From Leptonemataceae bacterium (lineage in GTDB: Bacteria; Spirochaetota; Leptospiria; Leptospirales; Leptonemataceae), in NCBI GenBank assembly GCA_965227295.1, contig OZ245742.1, positions 5,792,001 through 5,856,000 on the forward strand: a stretch of 64,000 bases of DNA, given 5' to 3'. Below the pieces are notes generated by a model. That model had not been told where the DNA came from. It saw only the letters and a program-made list of their open reading frames with translations, and did not search any database. Positions 41,723 to 51,141 of the stretch are shown here, one piece after another. A program made the position numbers and the translations under genes. How positions within the stretch are numbered: the stretch's first letter is position 1; every line of letters starts with the position of its first letter.

Positions 41723-43662
41723 ACGGGGATATTCGCAATCCCTTCCCCGGCCTGCGGCCGTTCCAGCCGCACGAAAATCATCTCTTCTTCGGTCGCGAAG
41801 ATCAGATCGACGAACTGATTTCGATTCTCCGTCGTCGGCACTTCCTGGCCGTCGTGGGTACCTCGGGCAGCGGCAAGTCTTCTCTGGTGCGCGCGGGTTT
41901 GATTCCGGCTTTGCAGAGCGGTTACATGCACGGCGAAAGCGCGAACTGGAAGATCATCCTGCTGCGTCCCGGCGACGGACCGCTGCAAAAACTCGCCCGG
42001 GGCATTAACATGGCCTTCGGCGAACGCGACGAATACTACCCCATGCGCGCTTCATTGATCGAAACCACATTGCGGCGCAGCGATCTGGGGCTGCGCGAAG
42101 CATTGCGCCAGGCACGGCCGCCGGAGAACACGAACGTGCTCATTCTCGTCGACCAATTCGAGGAGCTGTTTCGGTTTCATGAAGCGGCCAGGCATCGCAA
42201 CGCCGGCTCGGACGAGGCCTCGGCTTTCGTACGTTTGCTGTTAAAAAGCAGTGTCGAGAACCAGGATGGTTCCGTATACGTTTGCCTGACCATGCGCTCG
42301 GACTTCCTGGGCGACTGTTCGTTGTTCTCCGGACTGCCGGAGGCTCTCAACTCCGCTCAATATTTGATTCCTCGGTTGAGTCGTAATCAAAAACGCCGGG
42401 CCATCGCCGGCCCCATGGCCGTCAGCGGGGCGCGCATGAGCGCCCGCCTGTTGCGCCGACTCTTAAACGATATCGGCGACGACCAGGACCAGTTGCCGAT
42501 CTTACAACACGCGTTGATGCGCATCTTCGATCGCTGGCGCTCGACCCTTTTGTACGGGAGACGCAAAGGGGACGGCCCCGTTCCCTTCGAACAAATGCGC
42601 GAGATTGACCTGGAAGATTACGAGGCGGTGGGCGGATTTCAGGAAGCCCTTTCGCGTCACGCGGAGGAGTTGCTGGGAGTCATCGCCAGACGTCACAGCG
42701 ATGCCGGCATTGCGGTCGCCGAGGCCTTGTTCCGTCGGCTCACGGAAATGGGACCGGACAATCGCGGCGTGCGCCGCCCGGCGCGCTTCGAAGAGATCCC
42801 CGCCGTCGCCCACGCGCCGCGGGAGGTCGTCGAGGACATCGTCAACATCTACCGCCACCCCTCCTGTTCATTCATTATGCCGCCGCCCGGAACGCCCTTG
42901 AGCGACAACGTGGTAATTGATATTTCCCATGAAAGTTTGATGCGGGTGTGGAGTCGGTTAACGACCTGGGTCGCAGCCGAGGGGCGTTCGGCGCGCATCT
43001 ATCGACGCCTGGCCGAGACGGCCGGCATGCACGCCCGGGGGGAGGCGGCGCTCTACACGGGCGAGGACCTGAACGTTGCCCTGGAATGGCGGGAAAACGA
43101 ACGACCCGGTCCGGTGTGGGCCGAACGTTACGGCGGAGACTTCGAATACACCATGCAGTTCCTGGAGACGAGCCGGCGCAGTCGCGACCAGGAACAGGCG
43201 GAACGCAAGGCCAGGGAACTCGCCCTCCAGGAAGCCCGGGCCCTGGGCGAACAGAGTCTCGTTCTGCGCAACATCATCTCTACGATTCCGCACTATATCT
43301 TCTGGAAAAACCAGGACCTGATCTACCAGGGTTGCAATGAAAGTTTTGCACGCGCCGCCGGCCTGGAGGACGCTGCTCAAATCGTCGGCCGTTCCGATCT
43401 GGAGTTGTGGCCCGCGGAAGAGGCCGAGAAATATCGTGCGGACGATCGGCGCGTAATGGAGCTGGGCGAGCCGGAGTATCTCGAAGAGGCCCAGACCCAG
43501 GCGAACGGCGAGACCATCTGGGTGGCCACGAACAAGGTTCCTCTGCGTAACTCTCAGGACCAGGTGATCGGAATCCTCGGTACCTTTATGGATATTACGC
43601 ACATCAAACGCCTGGAGCTCCAGCTGGAACGTATGAGCGGTAAAACGGTGGAGGAGACATGA
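41719..43662 (+). CDS. nSTAND1 NTPase with C-terminal PAS/PAC domain
   Basis: NPFPGLRPF..FFGRE, GTSGSGKSSLVRAG, LVDQFEELF, TMRSDF, LPILQHAL, DISHESL; then IPHYIFWKN..GCN..F..KVPLRN..IGILG..DIT. Confidence 0.9.
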   Translation: MNGDIRNPFPGLRPFQPHENHLFFGREDQIDELISILRRRHFLAVVGTSGSGKSSLVRAGLIPALQSGYMHGESANWKIILLRPGDGPLQKLARGINMAFGERDEYYPMRASLIETTLRRSDLGLREALRQARPPENTNVLILVDQFEELFRFHEAARHRNAGSDEASAFVRLLLKSSVENQDGSVYVCLTMRSDFLGDCSLFSGLPEALNSAQYLIPRLSRNQKRRAIAGPMAVSGARMSARLLRRLLNDIGDDQDQLPILQHALMRIFDRWRSTLLYGRRKGDGPVPFEQMREIDLEDYEAVGGFQEALSRHAEELLGVIARRHSDAGIAVAEALFRRLTEMGPDNRGVRRPARFEEIPAVAHAPREVVEDIVNIYRHPSCSFIMPPPGTPLSDNVVIDISHESLMRVWSRLTTWVAAEGRSARIYRRLAETAGMHARGEAALYTGEDLNVALEWRENERPGPVWAERYGGDFEYTMQFLETSRRSRDQEQAERKARELALQEARALGEQSLVLRNIISTIPHYIFWKNQDLIYQGCNESFARAAGLEDAAQIVGRSDLELWPAEEAEKYRADDRRVMELGEPEYLEEAQTQANGETIWVATNKVPLRNSQDQVIGILGTFMDITHIKRLELQLERMSGKTVEET

Positions 43663-44000
43663 ATCAAAAGATCTTTATTTTAACAAGCGCCGCCGCCTAC
43701 GAACAAGCACGCGCGCTCGGACAGTACGCAATTCCCGATCCCACCGAGGGATTCATTCACGCCTCCCCGGCGGATCAGTTGAACCGGGTGGCCAACAAGT
43801 ACTACACGGGGGTTGAAGACCTGCTGCTGCTCATCGTGGACCCGCAGCGCGTCCACGCGGAAATCAAATGGGAACCGGCCACCGGGGGACTCTATCCGCA
43901 CATCTACGGCGATCTGAACCTCGACGCCGTAACCAAAATCGTACCAATTCAAAAAGCAGCCGACGGAACGATCGTCATTCAGCCGGAGACTCTGGAATAA
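43659..44000 (+). CDS. DUF952 family protein
   Basis: EGFIHAS..Q...VANKYY, LLLL.VD, IKWE..YPHIYG.LN..AV. Confidence 0.9.
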   Translation: MNQKIFILTSAAAYEQARALGQYAIPDPTEGFIHASPADQLNRVANKYYTGVEDLLLLIVDPQRVHAEIKWEPATGGLYPHIYGDLNLDAVTKIVPIQKAADGTIVIQPETLE

Positions 44001-44025
44001 GCCGGAACGCGCCGCGGGGGAAGCC

Positions 44026-44319
44026 ATGGGATTCAAAGTTGAGTTTAATAACATCTTACGAACGGATGTTTTCAGATCGAAGGACTTGAACCAGGGAGAG
44101 CGCTACGGCTTCAGCAAGGCCGGGGACCGTATCTTTATGGACACGCTTCCCATCTGGCTGAGCCGTAGCGACTGGACCGCGATCGCGGAAATCCGCATTG
44201 TTACGCAGACCAGACAGGGCCGACGCGTACACGGCGAATTCGAAGTACTGCACGTCTACAACACGGCGGAGCGACGCGCCATTACAAGAATGTTTCGCCG
44301 CATGTTCGGCCGGGCGTAG
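44026..44319 (+). CDS. DUF2584-like small protein
   Basis: MGFKVEFNNIL..K.G.RIF..PI.L...W.A.A.I.I pattern resembles DUF2584 as recalled. Confidence 0.6.
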   Translation: MGFKVEFNNILRTDVFRSKDLNQGERYGFSKAGDRIFMDTLPIWLSRSDWTAIAEIRIVTQTRQGRRVHGEFEVLHVYNTAERRAITRMFRRMFGRA

Positions 44320-44322
44320 TCG

Positions 44323-46215
44323 TCAATCCAGCTCACGTCCCTTCGCCAGGTTATCGACGATCCAGGTACCCACGCGCAGCGCGTTGGCCATCACACTGAC
44401 CATGGGATTTACTCCCAGGCCCGTGGGCATAAAACTGGAATCCACGATGAACACGTTCCGGACCTCGTGCATGCGGCAATTGCGGTCCACCACCGACGTC
44501 AGCGGATCGTCTCCCATGCGACAGGTTCCCATCTGGTGATCGCCGATCAACGTGAGATCCGCGCTGTCGGGGACACGCAGTTCAATGCCGAGATCCTGAT
44601 AACGCGAGAAGATATCCTCCAGCCTGGAACGCAACAGCCGAAAGATCAGCCGCTCGTGTTCGCCGAAGCGCCGGGTAATGCGCGCCACCGGCAGCCCGAA
44701 TTCGTCGACATAGGTCGGATCCAGGGTCACGCGGTTGTCCGCCATGGGCAGATCGTCTCCCGTGGCCCGGAGTTCCAGGCTGCGGGCGTAACGATCCATC
44801 TCGCGCAGGAGATCCAGGCCGATCTTCGCGCCGGTACCGCTTACGAGTTCGTAAGCGTGAAAGAGCGGATCTTTGCGTTGCGTGCCCGTTAAGATTCCGC
44901 TCTTCCACCAGCGTTCGTCTTCATCTTTCAGAAAGTAGTGATCGTAAATAGCCGCCGATCCGGTGTTACCGATTTGTGAATGCAACATGCCCTGGTATTT
45001 TTCCGGCAGCACGCAACGAGCGGTCATACCGAAGAGATGAAACATGGCATAACGACCGATGTTGCCGTAACGATTGCCCAGGCCTTCCGGCGGACCTGAT
45101 AACAGCAACAAACGAGAAGTTTGTACCGCACCGCACGAAAGTATGACGAAACGCGCTCGTTCGATGCGGATCACGGGATTGTCCGGGTCCGTGAGATCGA
45201 GATACTTCACTCCGGTGGCCCGCCGCAGTCGATCGTCGTACATCACTTCGATGACTTTCGCCCCCGTTCGTACCTCGGCGAACTCCGGCAAATCGTTCAA
45301 CTCCCGAATCGTCGTGGAAAAGGTCCCGCTCTTGGGCGGCCGACTTCCCCAGCATACGTACTCGCCGCAGTAGCCGCAGAGGTTACAGGGATCCCGCCGA
45401 CGCTCCGACCACAACTCTTCCGCCGGACGCCGCCAGAAACTACCGCTTCGATCCCGCCACGACGCCTGCGCACGCGCAATCTGCTCGCGCGTATCGTACT
45501 CCGGTCCCCCGGGATGTACCAGGGCCGTCGGAAGACACACGGGATTGAGTCCGGCATGCCTCGCGCCCTGGTGAACGAAACGACCCACCGGGGTCAGAGG
45601 ATAGTCGGGGGCGGGATAGGGAAAGTCTGCGGCCCAGGCGCCGTATTCCGCAAAGTTCGGATTAATGGAACTCAGCGCTTTATACCATTCGCTTTCCACC
45701 AGCGCGCGGTTCATCGCGTCGCGATCACCGCAAACCGCCAGCAAAACCTCCGCAATGTTGAAGTACGGTTCGAATTCCGAGTACGAGACCGGCCAGTCGG
45801 GGATCGAATAGCCCCAACGTTCCAGTTCCTCCAGTTGCCCCGTACGTTGAAAGTGATCCCGCAAACGCAGGTCCACGGGCAACGGTCGCACGGCCCATCC
45901 GCCCCAGAGCATGGAGCCGCCTCCGAGCGCCGTGCCGGTATAACCCCCGGAAAACGGACGCGCGTCGACCTTTTCGGAAGGCCGAAACGTACAGTAATCT
46001 CCCCTCAGTCGACGTTTAGGGTCGGGACGTTCCAGACGAAATCGAAACTCGTCGTGCATGGTCGGATCGAAACTCCGGTCCGATTCGTGGATGGGGCGCG
46101 TCCAGTCCGCGCCCTGTTCTAATAGCAACGTTTTGTATCCGGCCCTGGCGAGCATCCAGGCGATCGTTCCGCCTCCGCCACCGCTGCCTACGACGATAAA
46201 ATCCAGATCAGCCAT
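44323..46215 (-). CDS. GMC-family FAD oxidoreductase large subunit (gluconate 2-dehydrogenase-like)
   Basis: IVVGSGGGGG FAD motif, LGGGS..WG, CNLCGYCGEYVC Fe-S-type motif, HQMGTCRMG, NP..S..ANALR. Confidence 0.9.
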   Translation of the reverse strand: MADLDFIVVGSGGGGGTIAWMLARAGYKTLLLEQGADWTRPIHESDRSFDPTMHDEFRFRLERPDPKRRLRGDYCTFRPSEKVDARPFSGGYTGTALGGGSMLWGGWAVRPLPVDLRLRDHFQRTGQLEELERWGYSIPDWPVSYSEFEPYFNIAEVLLAVCGDRDAMNRALVESEWYKALSSINPNFAEYGAWAADFPYPAPDYPLTPVGRFVHQGARHAGLNPVCLPTALVHPGGPEYDTREQIARAQASWRDRSGSFWRRPAEELWSERRRDPCNLCGYCGEYVCWGSRPPKSGTFSTTIRELNDLPEFAEVRTGAKVIEVMYDDRLRRATGVKYLDLTDPDNPVIRIERARFVILSCGAVQTSRLLLLSGPPEGLGNRYGNIGRYAMFHLFGMTARCVLPEKYQGMLHSQIGNTGSAAIYDHYFLKDEDERWWKSGILTGTQRKDPLFHAYELVSGTGAKIGLDLLREMDRYARSLELRATGDDLPMADNRVTLDPTYVDEFGLPVARITRRFGEHERLIFRLLRSRLEDIFSRYQDLGIELRVPDSADLTLIGDHQMGTCRMGDDPLTSVVDRNCRMHEVRNVFIVDSSFMPTGLGVNPMVSVMANALRVGTWIVDNLAKGRELD

Positions 46216-46942
46216 GATTCAAATCCTCCTCGATCGTTTTCATGAATCGATCGCATACCTCAGCCGCGAACTCCGGGGTGTAAGTATTTCCCGGGCGACG
46301 GTGTTGGCCTAACTCAATCAGCAGAGCTTCTCGAAAGGGCTGCTGCGCAGGGTTACGTCCACCCAGGGCGGAGTACAAAAGATCCGCACAATAGCGTTTC
46401 AGAAATTCCTTCGAAGTAAAATGCGTGCCCGGCCAATTCGGATTGCGATCTTCGAATAACGAAGCGGCGTAGCACTTCCAGTCGTCCGCGCTTTCCGGGG
46501 CATTCAATTCCGTGCAGTACATGAAGTCCGGCAGCGTCTTCTCGTAAAAGTCGATGCGCGAGATTTGTCGCGGACCGCTCTTCAGTACGTTGTAAGCACG
46601 TTCCGGATCGAAGGCGGGTCGATTGTACAATCCCCGGTCCGCGCGCCAGGCCCGGGCGGCTTCACTTCCGTCGGGATGACGCACCAACGGATCGTAACGA
46701 TGCTCGCGCCAGAGATACAACAAATCCTTACCGCCGGACGTTTCCCGCATTAGACCCTTGAAAAATAGTAACGCGCCGGTATGCGCAATGCGCAGAGTTT
46801 CCCCCGACTCCCGCCAGGGTGGTGAAGGTTCCGGCACCAGGAACTTTTGCTCGATCCAGTCCTCCAGTGGAAGGAGCGCGTCGGCAAGGGCCTCCAGGTT
46901 CGTCATCATATCATGATTCAGCAATTTCCCGATATAAGCCAT
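46208..46942 (-). CDS. hypothetical protein, probable small partner subunit of the GMC enzyme
   Basis: Overlaps the GMC start by 8 nt; LEALADALLP and YSALGGRN resemble gluconate-DH subunit 3 motifs. Confidence 0.55.
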   Translation of the reverse strand: MAYIGKLLNHDMMTNLEALADALLPLEDWIEQKFLVPEPSPPWRESGETLRIAHTGALLFFKGLMRETSGGKDLLYLWREHRYDPLVRHPDGSEAARAWRADRGLYNRPAFDPERAYNVLKSGPRQISRIDFYEKTLPDFMYCTELNAPESADDWKCYAASLFEDRNPNWPGTHFTSKEFLKRYCADLLYSALGGRNPAQQPFREALLIELGQHRRPGNTYTPEFAAEVCDRFMKTIEEDLNHG

Positions 46943-47119
46943 GGCCCGCTCTATGCCGAGCGCTATATTTACGCAATCTAAACTTAATAAAAGTTACAGT
47001 TACCGATTGATTTACGATCGATGCAGCATATGCAAGAAAATCGAATATTTTGCGCCCACATCGAAGGCGTACTAAAAGGAGACATGACAACCGCCGCACC
47101 GCATAGTAAGGCAATGAGC

Positions 47120-48121
47120 ATGAAAGCAATCATCATCGAAAAACGCGGCGGGCCCGAGGTTCTCCAGATCCAGGAAGTGCCGGACCCGGTACTGGTACCC
47201 GGTCACGTAATCATCAAGGTCCTGGCGTCGGGACTGAATCCCATCGATGCAAAAGTCCGGGCCCTGGACCTGCCGTTCGCGCCGAAGACGCCGGCCATTC
47301 CACATTGCGATGCCGCCGGCGTGATAAGCGCCGTAGCTGAAGATGTGCGTCACTTAAGAATCGGAGACGAGGTATACTGCTGCGCCGGCGGCATCGCGGG
47401 TACGCCGGGGGGCGCGCTCGCGGAATACATGCTCGCGGACGCGAACCTGGTCGCGCGAAAACCGAAGCGACTGAGTTTTCAGGAAGCGGCCGCCGTACCC
47501 CTGGTGGGACTCACGGCCTGGGAGGCCCTCGTCTGGAAGGCGGGGATTCGCCCCGGGGACAACGTATTGATTCACGGGGGTACCGGCGGCGTCGGCCACT
47601 TCGCCGTGCAACTCGCGCGCGCCGCGGGGGCCCGGGTTACCGCAACGGTATCGTCCGCAAAAAAAGCACGCGTGGCGAAGCAGCTCGGCGCAACGACCGC
47701 GGTAAATCGTACGAAGATGCCGCCGGAACAGTATGTCCGCGAACTTACGGACGGCCGGGGCTTCGACGTCGTCTTCGATACGGCCGGCGGAGACAATCTT
47801 GAGCGTTGCATCGAAGCGACACGACCGAACGGAACCATCGTAAGCGTCGCGGCCCGGGAGGAACATAACCTTCTTCCAATGTATGTTAAGGGCCTGAGTC
47901 TGATGAACGTACTCATGCTGGTTCCCATGCTGACCGGTGTCGGTCGGGACCGTCACGGCGCGATCCTGGGAAAGCTCGCGGCATTGATCGACGCCGGACA
48001 CCTGAAGCCGCTCTTACATAAGAAGACATTCACGTTCGCCACGGCGGCGAAGGCCCACGCCCTGCTGGAAAGCGGACGCCATACCGGCAAGATCGTACTG
48101 CAAGGCTTTCATAAGAGTTAG
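47120..48121 (+). CDS. MDR-family quinone oxidoreductase-like protein
   Basis: GGPEVL, GLNPID, TAWEAL, HGGTGGVG, HTGKIVL. Confidence 0.9.
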   Translation: MKAIIIEKRGGPEVLQIQEVPDPVLVPGHVIIKVLASGLNPIDAKVRALDLPFAPKTPAIPHCDAAGVISAVAEDVRHLRIGDEVYCCAGGIAGTPGGALAEYMLADANLVARKPKRLSFQEAAAVPLVGLTAWEALVWKAGIRPGDNVLIHGGTGGVGHFAVQLARAAGARVTATVSSAKKARVAKQLGATTAVNRTKMPPEQYVRELTDGRGFDVVFDTAGGDNLERCIEATRPNGTIVSVAAREEHNLLPMYVKGLSLMNVLMLVPMLTGVGRDRHGAILGKLAALIDAGHLKPLLHKKTFTFATAAKAHALLESGRHTGKIVLQGFHKS

Positions 48122-48267
48122 CCGCGGATACGCGGGGGTTCGGATTGCCCGCCGCGGAGGGGTGCTCGAGCCATCGTACTGTACTTCGGCGTCGGTAGCC
48201 TGCGCGGGTCGATTCGGCGTTCATCTTGACACACAGCGCGGGCGCGGGGCTTTTAACGCATCTCGCC

Positions 48268-49542
48268 ATGAATGTATCCCGCTCCGGCCCGGCCGTCCTC
48301 GCCTTCGTTCTACTCATCCTCCTGCCGAACCAACCATCGCTGTTCGCGCAGAGTCTTCCGACCATGCCGGCGCCCGAACCGCCGGCCGTGCTGGCCCCCG
48401 CCGCGGACCGCAACTTTCGCGTGGACGTACTCACCGTGGATCCCGGCGACGAGGCATACTCCGCCTGGGGCCACACCGCGTTGCGCATCTACGACCGCAA
48501 TTCGGGGCAGGACGTCGTTTTCGATTACGGCATGTTCGATTTCTCGGACGACTTCTTTGTGCGATTTTTGCGCAACCAGCCGGCCTATCTGCTCTGGGTC
48601 AGTTCTCTCGATCGAACGCTACGATTGTATCGCCGGCTGAACCGACGCATCTATGCGCAGCAGATTCATCTCAGCGACGAGGAAGCGCAGCGCATCTTTC
48701 GCCGCCTCGTCTTCGAGGCGCAGCCGCAAAACCGCGTCTATCTCTATCATCACTACCGCAACAACTGCACCACGAAAATCCGCGACCTCTTCGATGAAGA
48801 GCTGTGGAACAACGACCTCAAGCGCACGTACGGCGACGCGTACAACGGCAAATCCTGGCGCAGCATGGCCAACGCCATGCTCGTAGACAACCCGCCGTAC
48901 TGGATGGCCGTAACTTTAATTCAGGGATCCTTTGTGGATACACGCGTGTCGAAGTACCAGGAAATGTACCTGCCCCTGGACTTCATGCGCATCCTGGACG
49001 ACTATCGCGAGCGACACCCGGAACGACTGGGTCCCATCGTGGAGGTCCAGGACGAACGCATCCCCCGCGCCGAACCGCCCACGACCTATCGCTGGACAAT
49101 GTTGTTTTTAGTCTGGGGCGTGTTGATTCTGTTCTGTTACGGATTGCCGGCCTGGTTCGCGCAGCGCCGCCCGTTTCGCATTGCCGGGGCCGTCTTTCGT
49201 TATCTGTGGTACATCGGCGCGGGCATTACCGGTACGTTGCTCTTGCTGCTCTGGCTTTTTACGAACCACGACTCCCTCGATAACAACCTGAACGTCCTGG
49301 CATTTTTTCCGTTGCTGTTGTTCATGCCGCCGTTCCTGCTCGTGCTGCGCTACATCATGCCGGACGTCGAGGCGAGGCACGCATTGCATCTGAAACTACA
49401 CCTCGGCCTGGCCGCCGTGCCGGCCCTGGGCATTCTGCTTGCCATCACGACCATCAGCCCGCAGATCACGGCGCTGGTCTATCTCGTGCCGTCATTGATC
49501 ATACAACTGCTCATCTACGCGTATTTCCGACGAGCGAGGTAG
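48268..49542 (+). CDS. DUF4105 (Lnb-like N-terminal domain) membrane protein
   Basis: PGDE.YSAWGHTALR, FDYGMFDF, Y.Y.H..NNCTT; C-terminal TM helices. Confidence 0.85.
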   Translation: MNVSRSGPAVLAFVLLILLPNQPSLFAQSLPTMPAPEPPAVLAPAADRNFRVDVLTVDPGDEAYSAWGHTALRIYDRNSGQDVVFDYGMFDFSDDFFVRFLRNQPAYLLWVSSLDRTLRLYRRLNRRIYAQQIHLSDEEAQRIFRRLVFEAQPQNRVYLYHHYRNNCTTKIRDLFDEELWNNDLKRTYGDAYNGKSWRSMANAMLVDNPPYWMAVTLIQGSFVDTRVSKYQEMYLPLDFMRILDDYRERHPERLGPIVEVQDERIPRAEPPTTYRWTMLFLVWGVLILFCYGLPAWFAQRRPFRIAGAVFRYLWYIGAGITGTLLLLLWLFTNHDSLDNNLNVLAFFPLLLFMPPFLLVLRYIMPDVEARHALHLKLHLGLAAVPALGILLAITTISPQITALVYLVPSLIIQLLIYAYFRRAR

Positions 49543-49554
49543 AAAGATAGACTG

Positions 49555-49664
49555 ACTCCGAGGACCGAGGTGCCGAGTAAAAAGGATTCGAGGATAATCT
49601 TAGCCCGGTCGCAGCCCGCCGAAGCAAGCCTCTTATCTTCCCTCGTACGCTCGGTCCTCGGAGT
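49555..49664. repeat. inverted-repeat element family B
   Basis: ACTCCGAGGACCGAG ... CTCGGTCCTCGGAGT (15-bp perfect IR). Confidence 0.85.
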
Positions 49665-49678
49665 AAAACACTCCCTCC

Positions 49679-50110
49679 ATGCCCTCCTTCCCGCAACTTG
49701 CCGCCGGCGCTTTCGTCGAACACAACGATCGCGTTCTCCTCATCCAACGCGGGCGGCCGCCGGCGCAGCACGAGTGGGCCCTGCCCGGCGGTAAGGTTCT
49801 CCCCGGCGAAAGTTTAGCCGACGCCGTGGAGCGCGAAGTACTCGAGGAAAGCGGCATCGGCGTGCGTGTTCCGCGCGGCGAAGGCGGCGTCTACAAACCG
49901 GTCTACACGTTCGAGAACATCGTGCGGGATCACGCCGGGGATATCCTCTTTCACTACGTCGTCATTGATCTTGCGGCGGAGTACGTGAGCGGGGAGCCGA
50001 AACCCGGCGACGACGCGGAGGACGCCGGCTGGTTTACGCGCGAAGAGCTGAGCGTTTTGCACCTCAACCACGTTACGGAACGATTCCTGCGCGAGCGCGG
50101 GTGGTTGTAA
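49679..50110 (+). CDS. NUDIX hydrolase
   Basis: Nudix box GGKVLPGESLADAVEREVLEESG. Confidence 0.93.
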   Translation: MPSFPQLAAGAFVEHNDRVLLIQRGRPPAQHEWALPGGKVLPGESLADAVEREVLEESGIGVRVPRGEGGVYKPVYTFENIVRDHAGDILFHYVVIDLAAEYVSGEPKPGDDAEDAGWFTREELSVLHLNHVTERFLRERGWL

Positions 50111-50179
50111 GATTGTACGCACATTTTTTTCCGCGACTGTAATGAAACGACTCCCGCTGTTTCGTACTCTTAATGCTGC

Positions 50180-51094
50180 ATGTCGGATCGCACGATCGGA
50201 AGTTTTTTATGTCTGCTCGGTGTCGCCTCGTTTGCGCTATCCGCGCCGTTAACCAAACTTGCCCTGGATAGATACAGCCCCGCGGAGATCGGACTGGGCC
50301 GACTCGTCATCGCCGGCAGCGGCGCTTTCATCTATTTGTTCATCCGCCGTCTCATCCATCCTTCAATGCGCATGCTGCCGCACAAAGATGAATGGATTGC
50401 GTACGGTATTGTCATTGCCGGCGTGATCTTCGGATTTCCACTTCTGTTCAGCTTCGCCATGCAGGAACTCGGCGCGGCCTACGCCTCCGTAGCTCTGGGG
50501 TTGCTGCCGCTATTCACGGCCCTCTACGCCGTGGCCATGGCCGGAGAACGCATGGCCCCGCGCTTCTGGTTCGCCGCGGTCGCGGGCAGCTTCATCGTTG
50601 CCGCACACGGATACGTTACTTCGGAATCCGGCGGCACGCACGGCGCAAGCCCGGGCGGCGTACTGATGTTGTTCGCGGCCGTCGCCATCGGCGCCGGGGG
50701 TTATGCCTGCGGCGGCCGGCTCAGTCGCTCTCAGGGCGGGCGCGGCGCCGACGTCATTTCGCGGGCACTGATCCTGGCCCTGCCGATCGCCCTGCCCTGC
50801 TTCTTAACATTCGCTCGCAATGACTTAGACAGAGTCATCGCGGAAGTGCCGTGGCAAATCAGCTCTGCGTTCCTGTATCTGGGACTCGTGAGCCAGTGGC
50901 TGGGTTTCTTTGCCTGGTACTCCGGTCTCGCCCGCGCCGGCATCGCCTCCGGAGCGCAGACACAGTTGATACAGCCGTTCTTAAGTCTCGGTTTCGTTGC
51001 GTTGATCTTCAGCACGAAGGCCCTGCAGGTCGCGGACGGCCTCGCGGCCGTAGCCGTGGTGCTGTGTATCGTGCTGGGGCGGGGACGCCGTTGA
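50180..51094 (+). CDS. EamA/DMT family transporter
   Basis: About ten TM segments; SQWLGFFAWYSGLA, QLIQPF. Confidence 0.88.
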   Translation: MSDRTIGSFLCLLGVASFALSAPLTKLALDRYSPAEIGLGRLVIAGSGAFIYLFIRRLIHPSMRMLPHKDEWIAYGIVIAGVIFGFPLLFSFAMQELGAAYASVALGLLPLFTALYAVAMAGERMAPRFWFAAVAGSFIVAAHGYVTSESGGTHGASPGGVLMLFAAVAIGAGGYACGGRLSRSQGGRGADVISRALILALPIALPCFLTFARNDLDRVIAEVPWQISSAFLYLGLVSQWLGFFAWYSGLARAGIASGAQTQLIQPFLSLGFVALIFSTKALQVADGLAAVAVVLCIVLGRGRR

Positions 51095-51141
51095 TTCGTC
51101 TCGATGCCACGGCAGCCACCGCCTCACATCCTTCCCGACAC

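Noticed and set aside
47120..48121. Quinone oxidoreductase as part of the TIR-STAND system
   Set aside because: A common stand-alone family (another member lies at 28220); adjacency is the only link.
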